Position numbers and translations under genes: made by a program. Positions 28,431-38,513 of a DNA stretch of 64,000 bases are shown here, piece by piece. Every line of letters begins with the position of its first letter. Position 1 is the first letter of the stretch. The notes under the pieces are model-generated. The model was not told the origin of the DNA, made no database searches, and saw only the letters and a program-made list of their open reading frames with translations. Source of the DNA: Laetmonice hystrix (lineage: Eukaryota); NCBI GenBank assembly GCA_965235115.1, contig OZ249436.1, positions 23,934,001 to 23,998,000 on the forward strand, written 5' to 3'.

Positions 28431-29691
28431 CCCAGATATCCACGTGTATTCCACGAGAAAATACACCAATCATTTCTACGTGTACATATCGATGTGTTTT
28501 CAATGTGATATTGAAACCAAATTTCCCCCAAATGGCAAAAATGATGGACATCACCTTTTCCACCAGAAAGCCACGTGTTTTCAACGTGTTACTGAAACCA
28601 AATTTCCCCCAAATGGCAAAAATGATGGACATCACCTTTTCCACCAGAAAGCCACGTGTTTTCAACGTAATACTGAAACCAAATTTCCCCCAACTGGCAA
28701 AAATGATGGACAACACCTTTCCCACCAGAAAGCCACGTGTTTTCAACGTGATACTGACACCAAATTTCCACGAGCTGGCAAAAATGATGGACATCACCTT
28801 TTCCACCAGAAAGCCACGTGTTTTCAACGTGATACTGAAACCAAATTTCCCCCAACTGGCAAAAATGATGGACAACACCTTTTCCACCAGAAAGCCACGT
28901 GTTTTCAACGTGATACTGACACCAAATTTCCACGAGCTGGCAAAAATGATGGCCATCACCTTTTCCACCAGAAAGCCACGTGTTTTTAACGTGATACTGA
29001 AACCAAATTTTCCCCCAACTGGCAAAAATGATGGACATCACCTTTTCCACCAGAAAGCCACGTGTTTTCAACGTGATACTGAAACCAAATTTTCCCCAAA
29101 TGGCAAAAATGGACATCACCTTTTCCACCAGAAAGCCACGTGTTTTCAACGTGACACTGAAACCAAATTTCCCCGAGCTGGAAAAATGATGGACATCACG
29201 TTTTCCACCAGAAAGCCACGTGTTTTCAACGTGATACTGAAACCAAATTTCCCCCAAATGGCAAAAATGATGGACATCACCTTTTCCACCAGAAAGCCAC
29301 GTGTTTTCAACGTGATACTGAAACCAAATTTCCCCCAACTGGCAAAAATGATGGACCTCACCTTTTCCACCAGAAAGCCACGTGTTTTCAACGTGATACT
29401 GAAACCAAATTTTCCCGAGCTGGAAAAATGATGGACATCACCTTTTCCACCAGAAAGCCACGTGTTTTCAACGTGATACTGAAACCAAATTTCCGCCAAC
29501 TGGCAAAAATGATGGACACCACCTTTTCCACCAGAAAGCCACGTGTTTTCAACGTGATACCGAAACCAAATTTCCCCGTCATGAATCCACGTGGAAACGA
29601 CGTGAAAAACTAGTGGATTTCTGGTGGATCCACCAATCCACTAGTTTTCCACCAGTTATCCACGTGGTTTCCACGTGGTGTGCCCACTGGG
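28431..29691. mobile_element. CCCAG...CTGGG-ended non-autonomous element (CMC/EnSpm-like) carrying a minisatellite
   Basis: Termini CCCAG and CTGGG, with subterminal CCACGTG(G) repeats at both ends. A 2-bp TSD is not evident. Confidence 0.55.
28493..29578. repeat. 81-bp tandem minisatellite, ~13 copies
   Basis: Unit GTGTTTTCAACGTGATACTGAAACCAAATTTCCCCCAA(A/C)TGGCAAAAATGATGGACATCACCTTTTCCACCAGAAAGCCAC. CCACGTG at 28571 and 28652 gives period 81. Confidence 0.95.
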
Positions 29692-30939
29692 ATGCCTAAG
29701 AAGCTCTTCATTTCTTCCTTTGACTGCGGTGCCAGGCACTCAGTGATGGCTCGTATTTTCTCTGGGTCTGCTTGTAGCCCATCTTTCGTGAAGATGTGTG
29801 ACAAAAAAATTGATCTTCTCTTCAGCAAACTGGCACTTTTCTCTGTTGAACTTCACACCGTACTCTCGTGCTCTCCATAGCACTCGCCTTAATACCTGGT
29901 TATGTTCCTGGATGTTTCGGCCTCCAAGCAACAGGTCGTCTCGCTGATTTGTGCATTTCCGGATGTCGCCGAAAACCTAGAACATCGCCTCATCAAATAC
30001 ATCCTGAGGTGCCTTTGCTCCAAAGATCAGTCTCCTTGGCTTGTAGTTTCCCCATGGGGTGCTGAATGTTGCCACTGACCGTGATTCATGGTCCAACGCT
30101 AGTTGGTGGTAGCTTTGCCTGAGATCTAACTTGCTAAAGACCTTGCGGTCATGCAGATGGTAGATAAAGTCTTCCACGATTGGTGCTTGTACGCATCGGC
30201 TCCTCTTCATTGGCTGATTTGGTATCCTCATATCAATACTCGCTCGAATCATGTGCGGCTCCAGCTTCTCTCTGTCTGTGGTGGTCTACTTTGGTTTGGG
30301 TTGTGTGACCAATGGCGAGCACCATGTGATAGGTTGGCCATCTGGAACTTTCTCAAAGATACCATCCTCCCACACTTCAGGCACTCTTTCCCATATGCTG
30401 GGCATTTCTGTCTATCACCAATAGCATGCATGCTTGCCTTCTCACAGTAGTCACACGGCGGCTTTTGAAATTCCTTTTCCCTTCCTTTTGCTTGGTGTTT
30501 GGAGCGTGTGCCTGCTTTCCTTGTCTGTACCTCACTTTAGCCACTTTGTATTCGTCCTTGACTTTCAGGTGTAAGTCTTCTCTCTCACCTGCCTCCTCCA
30601 GGAACCTGTCTAGATCCCACTTCTTTTGAATGGCTCATTTAATCAGGTCTTCATCTGTTATCGTTTGTATTATATGTTCAAGGATGCAGTCATCTGTGGT
30701 GTCCCCAAAATCACAGTGCTCTGCCCTCACTCTCAGTCTTGCTATGTATGACACTATGGCTTCTCCTGTCTGTGGTTTTTCCTTGCTGAACAGGTACCGT
30801 GCGTGTTGCTTATTCTTCTTGGTGATGAAATGTAAATTTAGTTTCCTCTTTAACTTCTCATAGTCACTCTCGTCTTGCTCTGGGGCTGGTTGCAGGGGTG
30901 GTGGGTCTGGTAGATGTTTGACTAATTTCCTGACCTCAG

Positions 30940-31115
30940 GCCCCGGTTTTTAGTTTGGAAACCGAGTCTTAAGATTCAAATCTTAAGATTGAATTCTTGT
31001 TTCAGAGCTTCAGATTGGTCCTTCAAATGAAGTGAGCCAATGAGAGACCATAACACAAGTCAGTCTTAAAATTCCAGTCTTAAGATTGGTAAAATGACGA
31101 ACTAAAAACCGGGCC
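30940..31115. mobile_element. Harbinger-type MITE in Gypsy gag
   Basis: TIR G(C/G)CCCGGTTTTTAGTT, CAG TSD. Removal restores gag YGGPEVR. Confidence 0.8.
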
Positions 31116-32001
31116 CAGGGCCGCCGTATCTTCTCAAACAGGTGCACCAGTCCTCAACCTCTGTCACTTTCTGCAATTTGGTTTCTTCCGCAAACTCCTC
31201 TAGCCATTCTTCCCAGACTATGCCTGAATTCTGCCTGTCTTCTGGGATGCTGAACCGCTCAATGTTCAGATGTATGCCAGTCTGCACATACTGCACCTGT
31301 GGCGCCCTTCTTGCTGACTCGTCTGACCACAACACCCCAAATGTCAGAATTCTTGGCTGGTATGACAGGCCGCTAATGGTAATTCATGTACAGACGATCC
31401 ACCCAACAACTGGGGCCTGTTTCATAAAAAATCCTTATTTGCGATTTTTGGTTTTCTCACAAATAGCAACTGTCTGCGTATTATAAAATATCGTTGTTCA
31501 TGATCGGTCGTTATTTAGGACGACAAGCAGTTGGTTGTTCTTCAACTGTATCATAAAAATATCGTTGTTCGTTATGGGTTGGTTTCCAGTCGTTGTTGTG
31601 CTGAAAATCATTCGGTATCTGCGACACCCCCTGGGGGTGTCGCAGATACCAACTGAAAAACGTAAAAAGTGATTTCCCGGTAATCACTCGCGGCCGATTA
31701 TAATTCGGTCCGGAAACGCCAGGTGGCGTACCGATGAGATAGCGCTCTTAGCATGTGACAGGCACTAGTTCTGATGTAATGGCAGGCAACAGACGTGGCT
31801 AATTTACGCGGACGGTATTTCACCTAATTCTTCTCCGAAGTTGCTATCACTGGTGATACAACTTTGTCTTAGGGAGATATTCCTCTCCCTAGACATTTTA
31901 GGGCGGTGGTTGTTGTTGGACTTGTTTCCTCAACTGTCCTGTGATATCCAGGTAGTGCTTGGCTAGGTAGTGCACAGTGACCGATCCGTACCCTCGCCGA
32001 C

Positions 32002-33047
32002 ATGCCGGCGTCGTCCACTGACAAGAAACGGGAGAAGGCGGAGAAAGAGAAGCAGGAAAATGTGGAGAAGGCGAACTCCACACCGACGACCTCTCAAGCT
32101 GTGGCTGAATCGTTACCGGTAAGGGACTCGGCCAAAAACCAGCCCACCTCCGACCTGGGTTCGGAAATTAGGGACATGTGTTAAACTGGACAAGGTAACT
32201 AGCAAGCATGAACTAATCATATGAGGACTTATCGGAGTACCAGTCAGTAGCTCCACCATCCAGCGTGCACGGGGACAGTGTCTCCGAAACGTCAGGGAAT
32301 TTCAGTGGTTTCTTCAAAAAGTTAAATCAAGCCCCAGTTGATGAAACTGTAGGTCCAGATGTCGATCAAGATCTAGCCGAGGGCACGGACCGCTTATTTA
32401 GGAATCCTATCTCAAGTGAAGAATTCCAAGAAATGAAAAAGAAATTCCCGCGACCTGGTAATGTGAACTGGCTAAAGACTCCCGAAATAGGCCCAAACCT
32501 TTGGAGGCGGCTTCCTGCGGACTTCAAAGTGACCGACAAGTCCTTGAGAACCGTGCAAGACCTACTGCTCCCCGTCGGGTCATCTCTCGTGCACGCACTC
32601 GAACAACTAGGACACGGGTGCACACAGGAAGGTTTGGACACACTCATGGATACACTGGCCATGTTTGGTCATGTGTATCGGGTGGGCCTAACTGACAAAA
32701 GGAGGGAGCACCTCAGGTCTAAATTACCAGAGGATTGTAAGGCCCTAGCTTCCTCGAAATTCCCACCGTCGCCTACTAATCTTTTAGGGGACGTAACTGA
32801 ACATCAGAAATCGCTAAGTGAGACCGACAAGATCACGTCTCTGATGGACAGGGCTAAAGCACGCGTCCAGGGTCAAAAGAAAGGCCAGCCGTATCCGTCC
32901 AGCTCGGGCACCAAGAGAGGAGTTTTCGGCCGGAAGTTTCAAAACCAGCGACGCGCATACGGGCCAGACAGACGACAGGAGTTTCATGGTCCGGGGAACA
33001 AGAACGCCAAGTATCGGGATTTTCACCCAGGGCAGTCACGACGCTAG
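32002..33047 (+). pseudogene. DIRS ORF1 (gag-like), disrupted
   Basis: ATG at 32002, stop at 32184, resumes as the 260-aa ORF 32265-33047 with RPGNV..L.TPEIGPNLW, RREHLR and NLLG motifs of DIRS ORF1. Confidence 0.75.
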
Positions 33048-33266
33048 AGGTGGGTCCCTGCCCGCAGTTTGTAGCAGGCGCCACGAGGTTTCACCTGAGT
33101 GCTTGGCACGAAATTACCTCAGATCCCGTGATCCTTCAAATTGTTTCGTCACACTTCGCTGGGCACAAGCGATCGGCCCCTCGTTCCACTTGGACGTGGT
33201 GGACACGAGTCCTGCTCGATTATTTTCCATTTTTAAACACCCGGTCAACGTGTCAACATAACATTA

Positions 33267-33507
33267 GTGGCAGACCATTTAATAGCGGGGGAGGGGTATG
33301 GTTTTTTCGTTAAAAAAAGTTGGTTGCCAAGTTGACCCCCAAAAAATAGTTTGTTACCAAATATACATGTGTGAAATAAAATAGTTTGTTTAGCAATGTG
33401 TGTGAAAAAAAGAGATTGTTTATTTATGTTTATTGTTTTGTTGCAAGTATAAAAGGTTTGGTCAGAAAAAAAAACATACCCTCCCCTGCTATTAAATGGT
33501 CTGCCCC
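33267..33507. mobile_element. MITE with TTA TSD inside the DIRS insertion
   Basis: TIR G(T/G)GGCAGACCATTTAATAGC.GGGGAGG at both ends, TTA on both sides. Confidence 0.8.
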
Positions 33508-34148
33508 TTAGGTGGAATGAGGGACGCTGAAGCAGAATACCGCAGCGTTCTCTATGATCCACTGAGGTGGCCCCGTTGACAACTGCAGGGGGCTCGCCGG
33601 TATCTGTGCGGCAGTATTAATTGTGGGAGTTGCGGCCGAAGCTGCCCGGCATGAGTTTTTCCCTCTATTTTCTTCTTTCTTTAATAGTAAATTCGGAATT
33701 ATTTGGACAATTACGTTCTCTCGGCACTGAACCGCGTCGCTTTGTTTGTACATCTCCAGCTCAGTCGTTCATAGGGGGCGCTGTTTTTTGAGGTCACAAA
33801 AAGTGGCCTATACATGTTATTGTATATGCCCCCATTCTTGCTTAAAACAAAAAAGAGTAGAATCCATTCTACTATTCTTGCTGAAGGTCGCATGGGAGAC
33901 CCTTTCCGTTGTCCTTAATGGTGCCCTTCTGTTTATTTTTAAGGGATTTTTTTTAAGTACATGAAATCATTATTCTGCCCAAGTACATAAAATCATTATT
34001 CATTGATAATATGACAGCTCACTTCGAGAGAAAACAACGAGAAAATCGAGGTGTTTTCTCGAGAGAGAAAAAACAAAACCGAGAGGTGCTATCGATATAG
34101 GCCCGAGCGAAGCGAGGGCCTATATCGATAGCACCGCGAGGATAGGTA

Positions 34149-34224
34149 GGCGTCGCTGTGGCCGAAAAGGTAACAGCGCTGGACGGTGATGCCGCCGTGG
34201 CGGGTTCGAATCCTGCTGACGGCA
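34149..34224 (+). pseudogene. tRNA-derived sequence (SINE head or pseudo-tRNA, His-like)
   Basis: A-box TGGCCGAAAAGG, B-box GGTTCGAATCC, acceptor-like G(G)CGTCG/TGACGGCA. The anticodon arm is poorly paired. Confidence 0.45.
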
Positions 34225-35637
34225 AACACCGTCCAAAGGCGATATGCGTATCGCCATGGGGGCCAGAATATCCCACGGCCCCATGGTGTATACCTAAAGA
34301 TGCCTGGTTAGCTTCGGTAGACTTGTCTGAGGCCTACTACACCCTGCCCGTCCACCCTGATTTTCAAAAATTTCTGTGTTTCCAATGGGAGGGGAAATTC
34401 TTTCAATTTACCTGCCTCCCCTTTGGCATCTCTTGTGCCCCTTGGATCTTTACGAAAGCACTGAGACCAATTTTCGCGGTTTTTCACAAAAAAGGGTTTG
34501 ACGGCTTCGGATACATTGATGACTCGTTCCTTATTGCCGAATCATTAGAGCAATGCTCTTTAGGGATTGCCCTCCTGACAGATTTGTTTAGGAAACTGGG
34601 GTTCAAGATTAATGAGAAAAAGTCAGTTTTGTCCCCGACCCATCAGTTGAAATTTCTGGGGTATATTCTAAATACCTCTACGATGAGGGTAAGTCCGCCC
34701 CCGGAAAAGGTTAGTAAGGTCATAGGAGCAGTTAACGACTTGTTACAGACAAGGAAATCAAAGATAAGAAGGGTAGCCTCAGTGGTGGGGTTACTGAATG
34801 ACGTGTGTAAGGCTACAGAGTACGGGTTAGCCCACACTAAGTACCTAGAAATTCAAAAGACGCAGGCTCTTCAGAAGGCAGGACATAAACAATTTGAGGC
34901 TCTCATGCGTGTGGACGGCGAGTCGGTAACCGACCTTTTATGGTGGGCTAGGAAGTTCAAGACTGCATACAGACAACTAAGGGAGTCACCTCCTGAGTTG
35001 ACCTTGATGGTTGATGCTTCCTCACGGGGGTGGGGAGCCTGCATAGGGAGCCTGAAAGAGCCCAAGGGAGGTGGTCTGTAGAAGAGAGTAGACTACACAT
35101 CAACGTTCTCGAACTCTTAGCCATACTATTAGCTCTACGAACTCTATGTAGGGAGAACCAGGGAATAGGAATCCACATCTTTACAGATAGCTCTACCGCC
35201 GTAGCCTACATCTCACACATGGGGGGAACCAGATCTAAAGACTGTAACAAGGTAGCACTGGATATCTGGAACTGGTGTGAGAAGAGAAACGTGTGGCTTG
35301 TAGTAAACCATGTGCCGGGGGTAGACAATGAGGTTGCCGATTATGAAAGTCGACACTTCACGGAAAACACGGAATGGAGGCTTAATTCAAGGCTATTTAG
35401 TAATATCTGCGAGGTCTGGGGAGTCCCACAGATTGATTTATTTGCCTCGAGGCTCACACATCAGCTACCGAGGTATGCCAGTTGGGGGCCGGATCCAGGT
35501 GCCACCTTCGTTAATGCGTTCTCAAAATCATGGCATGACTTTGACTTTGTTTACGTTTTCCCTCCATTCAGGCTTCTTCTCAGGGCACTACGCAAAATAA
35601 AACTGGACCAGGTAGCGCCCGACTGGGCAGCACAACC

Positions 35638-36834
35638 GTGGTACAGTGTGCTGCGGCGGCAGGCCAAGCTTATCAGGACGGTTCCCAGGCAGAACGGGAA
35701 CCTGCAGAGAGTGGTTCCTCAGTCCGGGACAGACAAGTCTTTGGAAGACACGCCACTGATTTTCGCCTTGGTTTATTAAATAGAGTAAAGAACTTGAGCC
35801 TATCCCAGTTATCTCTGGATCTCTATTTGGACTCTTGGCGTACACAAACCAAAAGACAATATTATGTTTATTTGAAGCGCTGGCTTACATATTGTACAAT
35901 GAAGGGGTGGCAAGCGTTCTCCCCCGAATTAGGTCAAGCAATACAATTCCTCTCTAATCTCTTTACACAAGGGTTATCTTACAGTGCAATTAACACGGCC
36001 AGATCGGCGCTGTCAATAGTTCTCCCATTGTTTGATGGACAGTCTTTCGGGAGACATCCAGTAGTATGTAGAGTTATGAGAGGCATTTATAACAAAAGAC
36101 CTCAACTTTCAAGATATGGCTCATTATGGGACCCGAACTTAGTTTTGTCCTATTTAAGAGAACTTTCCCCGCTCAGAGACTTAACACTGAGGGAAATTAG
36201 TGCAAGGCTGCTTTGTTTGATGCTACTAACGTCGTGCCAACGTGTACAAACCGTTTTCACACTGAAGGTGCGTGATCTAATCTGGTCTCAAGATAAGAAT
36301 ACAGCGGTGTTTAGACTTTCGACACCACTTAAGCATTCCAGGAGGGGTGCTTTAGGTATTTTGTCATTCTCATCTTTTAAGCACGACCCCAGGTTGTGTG
36401 TTGTGCATACACTGAAGCGATATTTAGAAGTAACAGCTCTGGAACTCAGGAAGGACATTACGTCAAATTTGTTTATCAGCACGACCCCGCCTTACGGGGC
36501 TGCTTCGAAATCAACACTTAGTCGTTGGGTTAAGGAGACCTTGGCCAATGCAGGCATTGATGTAACAGTGTTTAAAGCACATAGTTGCCGTGGGTCGTCG
36601 ACCTCCAAACTTTGTTCAATTGGTGTACCTGTGGCCGAGATCATGGCTAAGGCAAAATGGAAAACCGACAGTGCTTTCCAAAAATTCTACAACAAGCCAT
36701 TGTTACCCACGGACATCTCGCACGCACTTTTGACAACGTTTGTCAACAAGTCTAATAAAGACGATAGTAACTGCAGTCTTTGTCCTTTGTCGCGAGGAAG
36801 GGATTTCCCTAAATCGTGCTGCTTCTGGCTTTAA
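35638..36834 (+). CDS. DIRS tyrosine recombinase (open reading frame intact)
   Basis: LSYSAINTARSALS binding domain; catalytic R (CQRVQT), K (LKHSRRG), HSCR, W (AKW) and Y (FQKFY). The true start codon is uncertain. Confidence 0.9.
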   Translation: MVQCAAAAGQAYQDGSQAEREPAESGSSVRDRQVFGRHATDFRLGLLNRVKNLSLSQLSLDLYLDSWRTQTKRQYYVYLKRWLTYCTMKGWQAFSPELGQAIQFLSNLFTQGLSYSAINTARSALSIVLPLFDGQSFGRHPVVCRVMRGIYNKRPQLSRYGSLWDPNLVLSYLRELSPLRDLTLREISARLLCLMLLTSCQRVQTVFTLKVRDLIWSQDKNTAVFRLSTPLKHSRRGALGILSFSSFKHDPRLCVVHTLKRYLEVTALELRKDITSNLFISTTPPYGAASKSTLSRWVKETLANAGIDVTVFKAHSCRGSSTSKLCSIGVPVAEIMAKAKWKTDSAFQKFYNKPLLPTDISHALLTTFVNKSNKDDSNCSLCPLSRGRDFPKSCCFWL

Positions 36835-37302
36835 AGTCTCATCGGTACGCCACCTGGCGTTTCCGGACCGAATTATAATTAATAATTAAACGAACTTACC
36901 TGAAGTGAAGTTTAATTGTGATTAGAAGAGGGAAGGAAACGCCGAGGTGGCGGACAGATGACCCACCTCGGCCCACCCTCTTTTGTTTTTTCACTTTGGC
37001 CAGCTCCACCTTGTCGCTGCTGGGGTTTATGAACAGAACAGCACGATTTACACGTTAAAGAGTGCCTGTCACATGCTAAGAGCGCTATCTCATCTGTCCG
37101 CCACCTCGGCGTTTCCTTCCCTCTTCTAATCACAATTAAACTTCACTTCAGGTAAGTTCGTTTAATTATTAATTATAATGGAAGTGCACGGAAAAGGAAG
37201 ACCATTTATCCCCGCGTAAGTCCCATAAATCTCTTTGACGAAGAAAAGTTTGTAAAGCGTTACAGGCTTGCCAAGGAGAGAGTAACCCACGATGGCCACG
37301 AT

Positions 37303-37413
37303 GGGTGTTTCAATAAGCGCGTCGGACCGACCGACTGACGACGGTTGTCAGTTTAGGCTTGCAATTTTTGGTCCGTCGCCGGTCGGGCGGTCCGACGCGC
37401 GTATTGAAACACC
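37303..37413. mobile_element. Small palindromic MITE
   Basis: GGGTGTTTCAATA.GCGCGTCGGACCG ... CGGTCCGACGCGCGTATTGAAACACCC. Confidence 0.65.
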
Positions 37414-37452
37414 CCCTGGATCGGTCAGTTACGTCCTTCGGGAATCTGAAAT

Positions 37453-37660
37453 AGGTGGGTGGGTGGGTATTTGGGGTTTTACGCCTTGCAACAGCCAGGG
37501 TCATATCACGGCGGTGAAGATGATGATGAAAGTCAGTTTTTCTTGGTGGAGGAAACCGGAGTACCCGGAGGAAACCACCGACCATTGGGAAGGAACTGAC
37601 TGACAAACCTTTTCACACATGCAGCCCAGGCCGGGAATCGAACCCAGATGGCAGCGGTGT
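37453..37660 (-). mobile_element. tRNA-derived SINE with V-SINE-type core (5'-truncated)
   Basis: Minus strand: B-box GGGTTCGATTCCCGG, V-domain GGTTTCCTCCGGGTACTCCGGTTTCCTCC, and a tail ending in (ACCC)n. Confidence 0.7.
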
Positions 37661-38513
37661 GAATCTCAAATAGGTCGCCGTGGCGAACATGGGGATTTCG
37701 GCAACTTTATTTTGCTTGGAGACTCCGGGTGTATACCCCCCTTCCAAAAGTGTCATGACTGATTCCCCTCAACATAAGTAGGATTTTCCATTGATGACTG
37801 ATAACTAGGCCTATAGGACAAGTATAGGCCTACTGTTTGAAAGTGACTGCAACCAAATTTTTCCGATAAATACTAGTGTTCCCCTAATTCCTATAATAAG
37901 CAAGTAAACAAAATAAAAGTTGATAAACTAAAAAAAACTGGCTCTTTGACAGATCTCTGAAAATATATTTTGATAAAATAAAATGATATAAAGACTATCT
38001 CCTTTACAGATGTCTGAAAATATAATTTGATAAAATAACATAGATCTAACAGAACAATATAAAGAAATGCCTCATTGGCGGATCTCTGAAACTTTCCCCC
38101 CAGCTACTCCCTCAAGGACTTTCTTCTTACGCCCATATTGCGTCCTGATAACCCTGCCGAGGGTATATACAAGATATACAATCGCTGGCTCCGTATAGTC
38201 TCCGGATTTTCTGGGAAACGATGTAGGCCTACTCATAAAATAGGGGCCTAATTAGGCTACACAGTGAAAATTTAATATGGAATCCAGTTGCCACAGATTG
38301 AAGGACTAGTCAACGCCTGTGCAGGGGCCTGTGCCATGCTCTAGTAGATCGACTTAGTAGTTAGTATTTGGGGACTGCAGGCATACGGATCCAGCCCCCC
38401 CCCCCCCCCCCCCCGCTCTCAGCCACTCGACAGTGGCTGTGCCCCCGTACCGCCAGTCCAACCACCCGCCCGTCTAAGTAGACCCAGCCTATCCTATTCT
38501 GCATTGGAGCCTA

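Larger units (their letters stand above)
27880..31412 (-). pseudogene. Gypsy (Mag-like) LTR-retrotransposon gag-pol relic, interrupted and internally deleted
   Basis: gag (WEEWLEEF..LRRYGGPEV; CPAYGKECLKCG knuckle). RT (IDMRIPN, FSKLDLRQSYHQL, RLIFG; VKFNREKCQF, ADPEKIRAI, SFLG). Connection domain FTWGSEEEHAFRRLK at 27900-28060. Protease and integrase are absent. Confidence 0.85.
33050..35779 (+). pseudogene. DIRS ORF2: reverse transcriptase - RNase H - Dam-like methyltransferase domain (insertion/deletion and one frameshift)
   Basis: N-terminus AGATRFHLSAWHEITSDPVILQIVS; a break at 33149-34288; RT SVDLSEAYY, LPFGISCAP, YIDD; RH VDASSRGWG / HINVLELLA / TDSSTAV / NEVADYES with a frameshift near 35050; MT-like IDLFAS and YVFPPF. 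Confidence 0.9.
31697..37179 (+). mobile_element. DIRS1-type tyrosine-recombinase retrotransposon
   Basis: Left ITR 31697-31767 is inverted at 37061-37116. The ICR (36837-36961) is complementary to both the 5' end (31697-31739) and the 3' end (37090-37179). gag, RT/RH, MT and YR ORFs are in canonical order. Confidence 0.93.

Noticed and set aside
28415..29613. 338-aa and overlapping repeat-protein ORFs
   Set aside because: The 81-bp unit is a multiple of 3 and open in several frames on both strands, and indels shift frames freely; a non-coding minisatellite.
34158..34288. N-terminus of the 307-aa RT ORF
   Set aside because: It derives from the inserted tRNA-like block fortuitously in frame; real RT similarity starts at IPKDAW.
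35368..35620. Bacterial restriction-modification or prophage system
   Set aside because: The MTase-like motifs and the integrase are integral parts of a eukaryotic DIRS1 element with ITR/ICR; there is no prokaryotic gene context.
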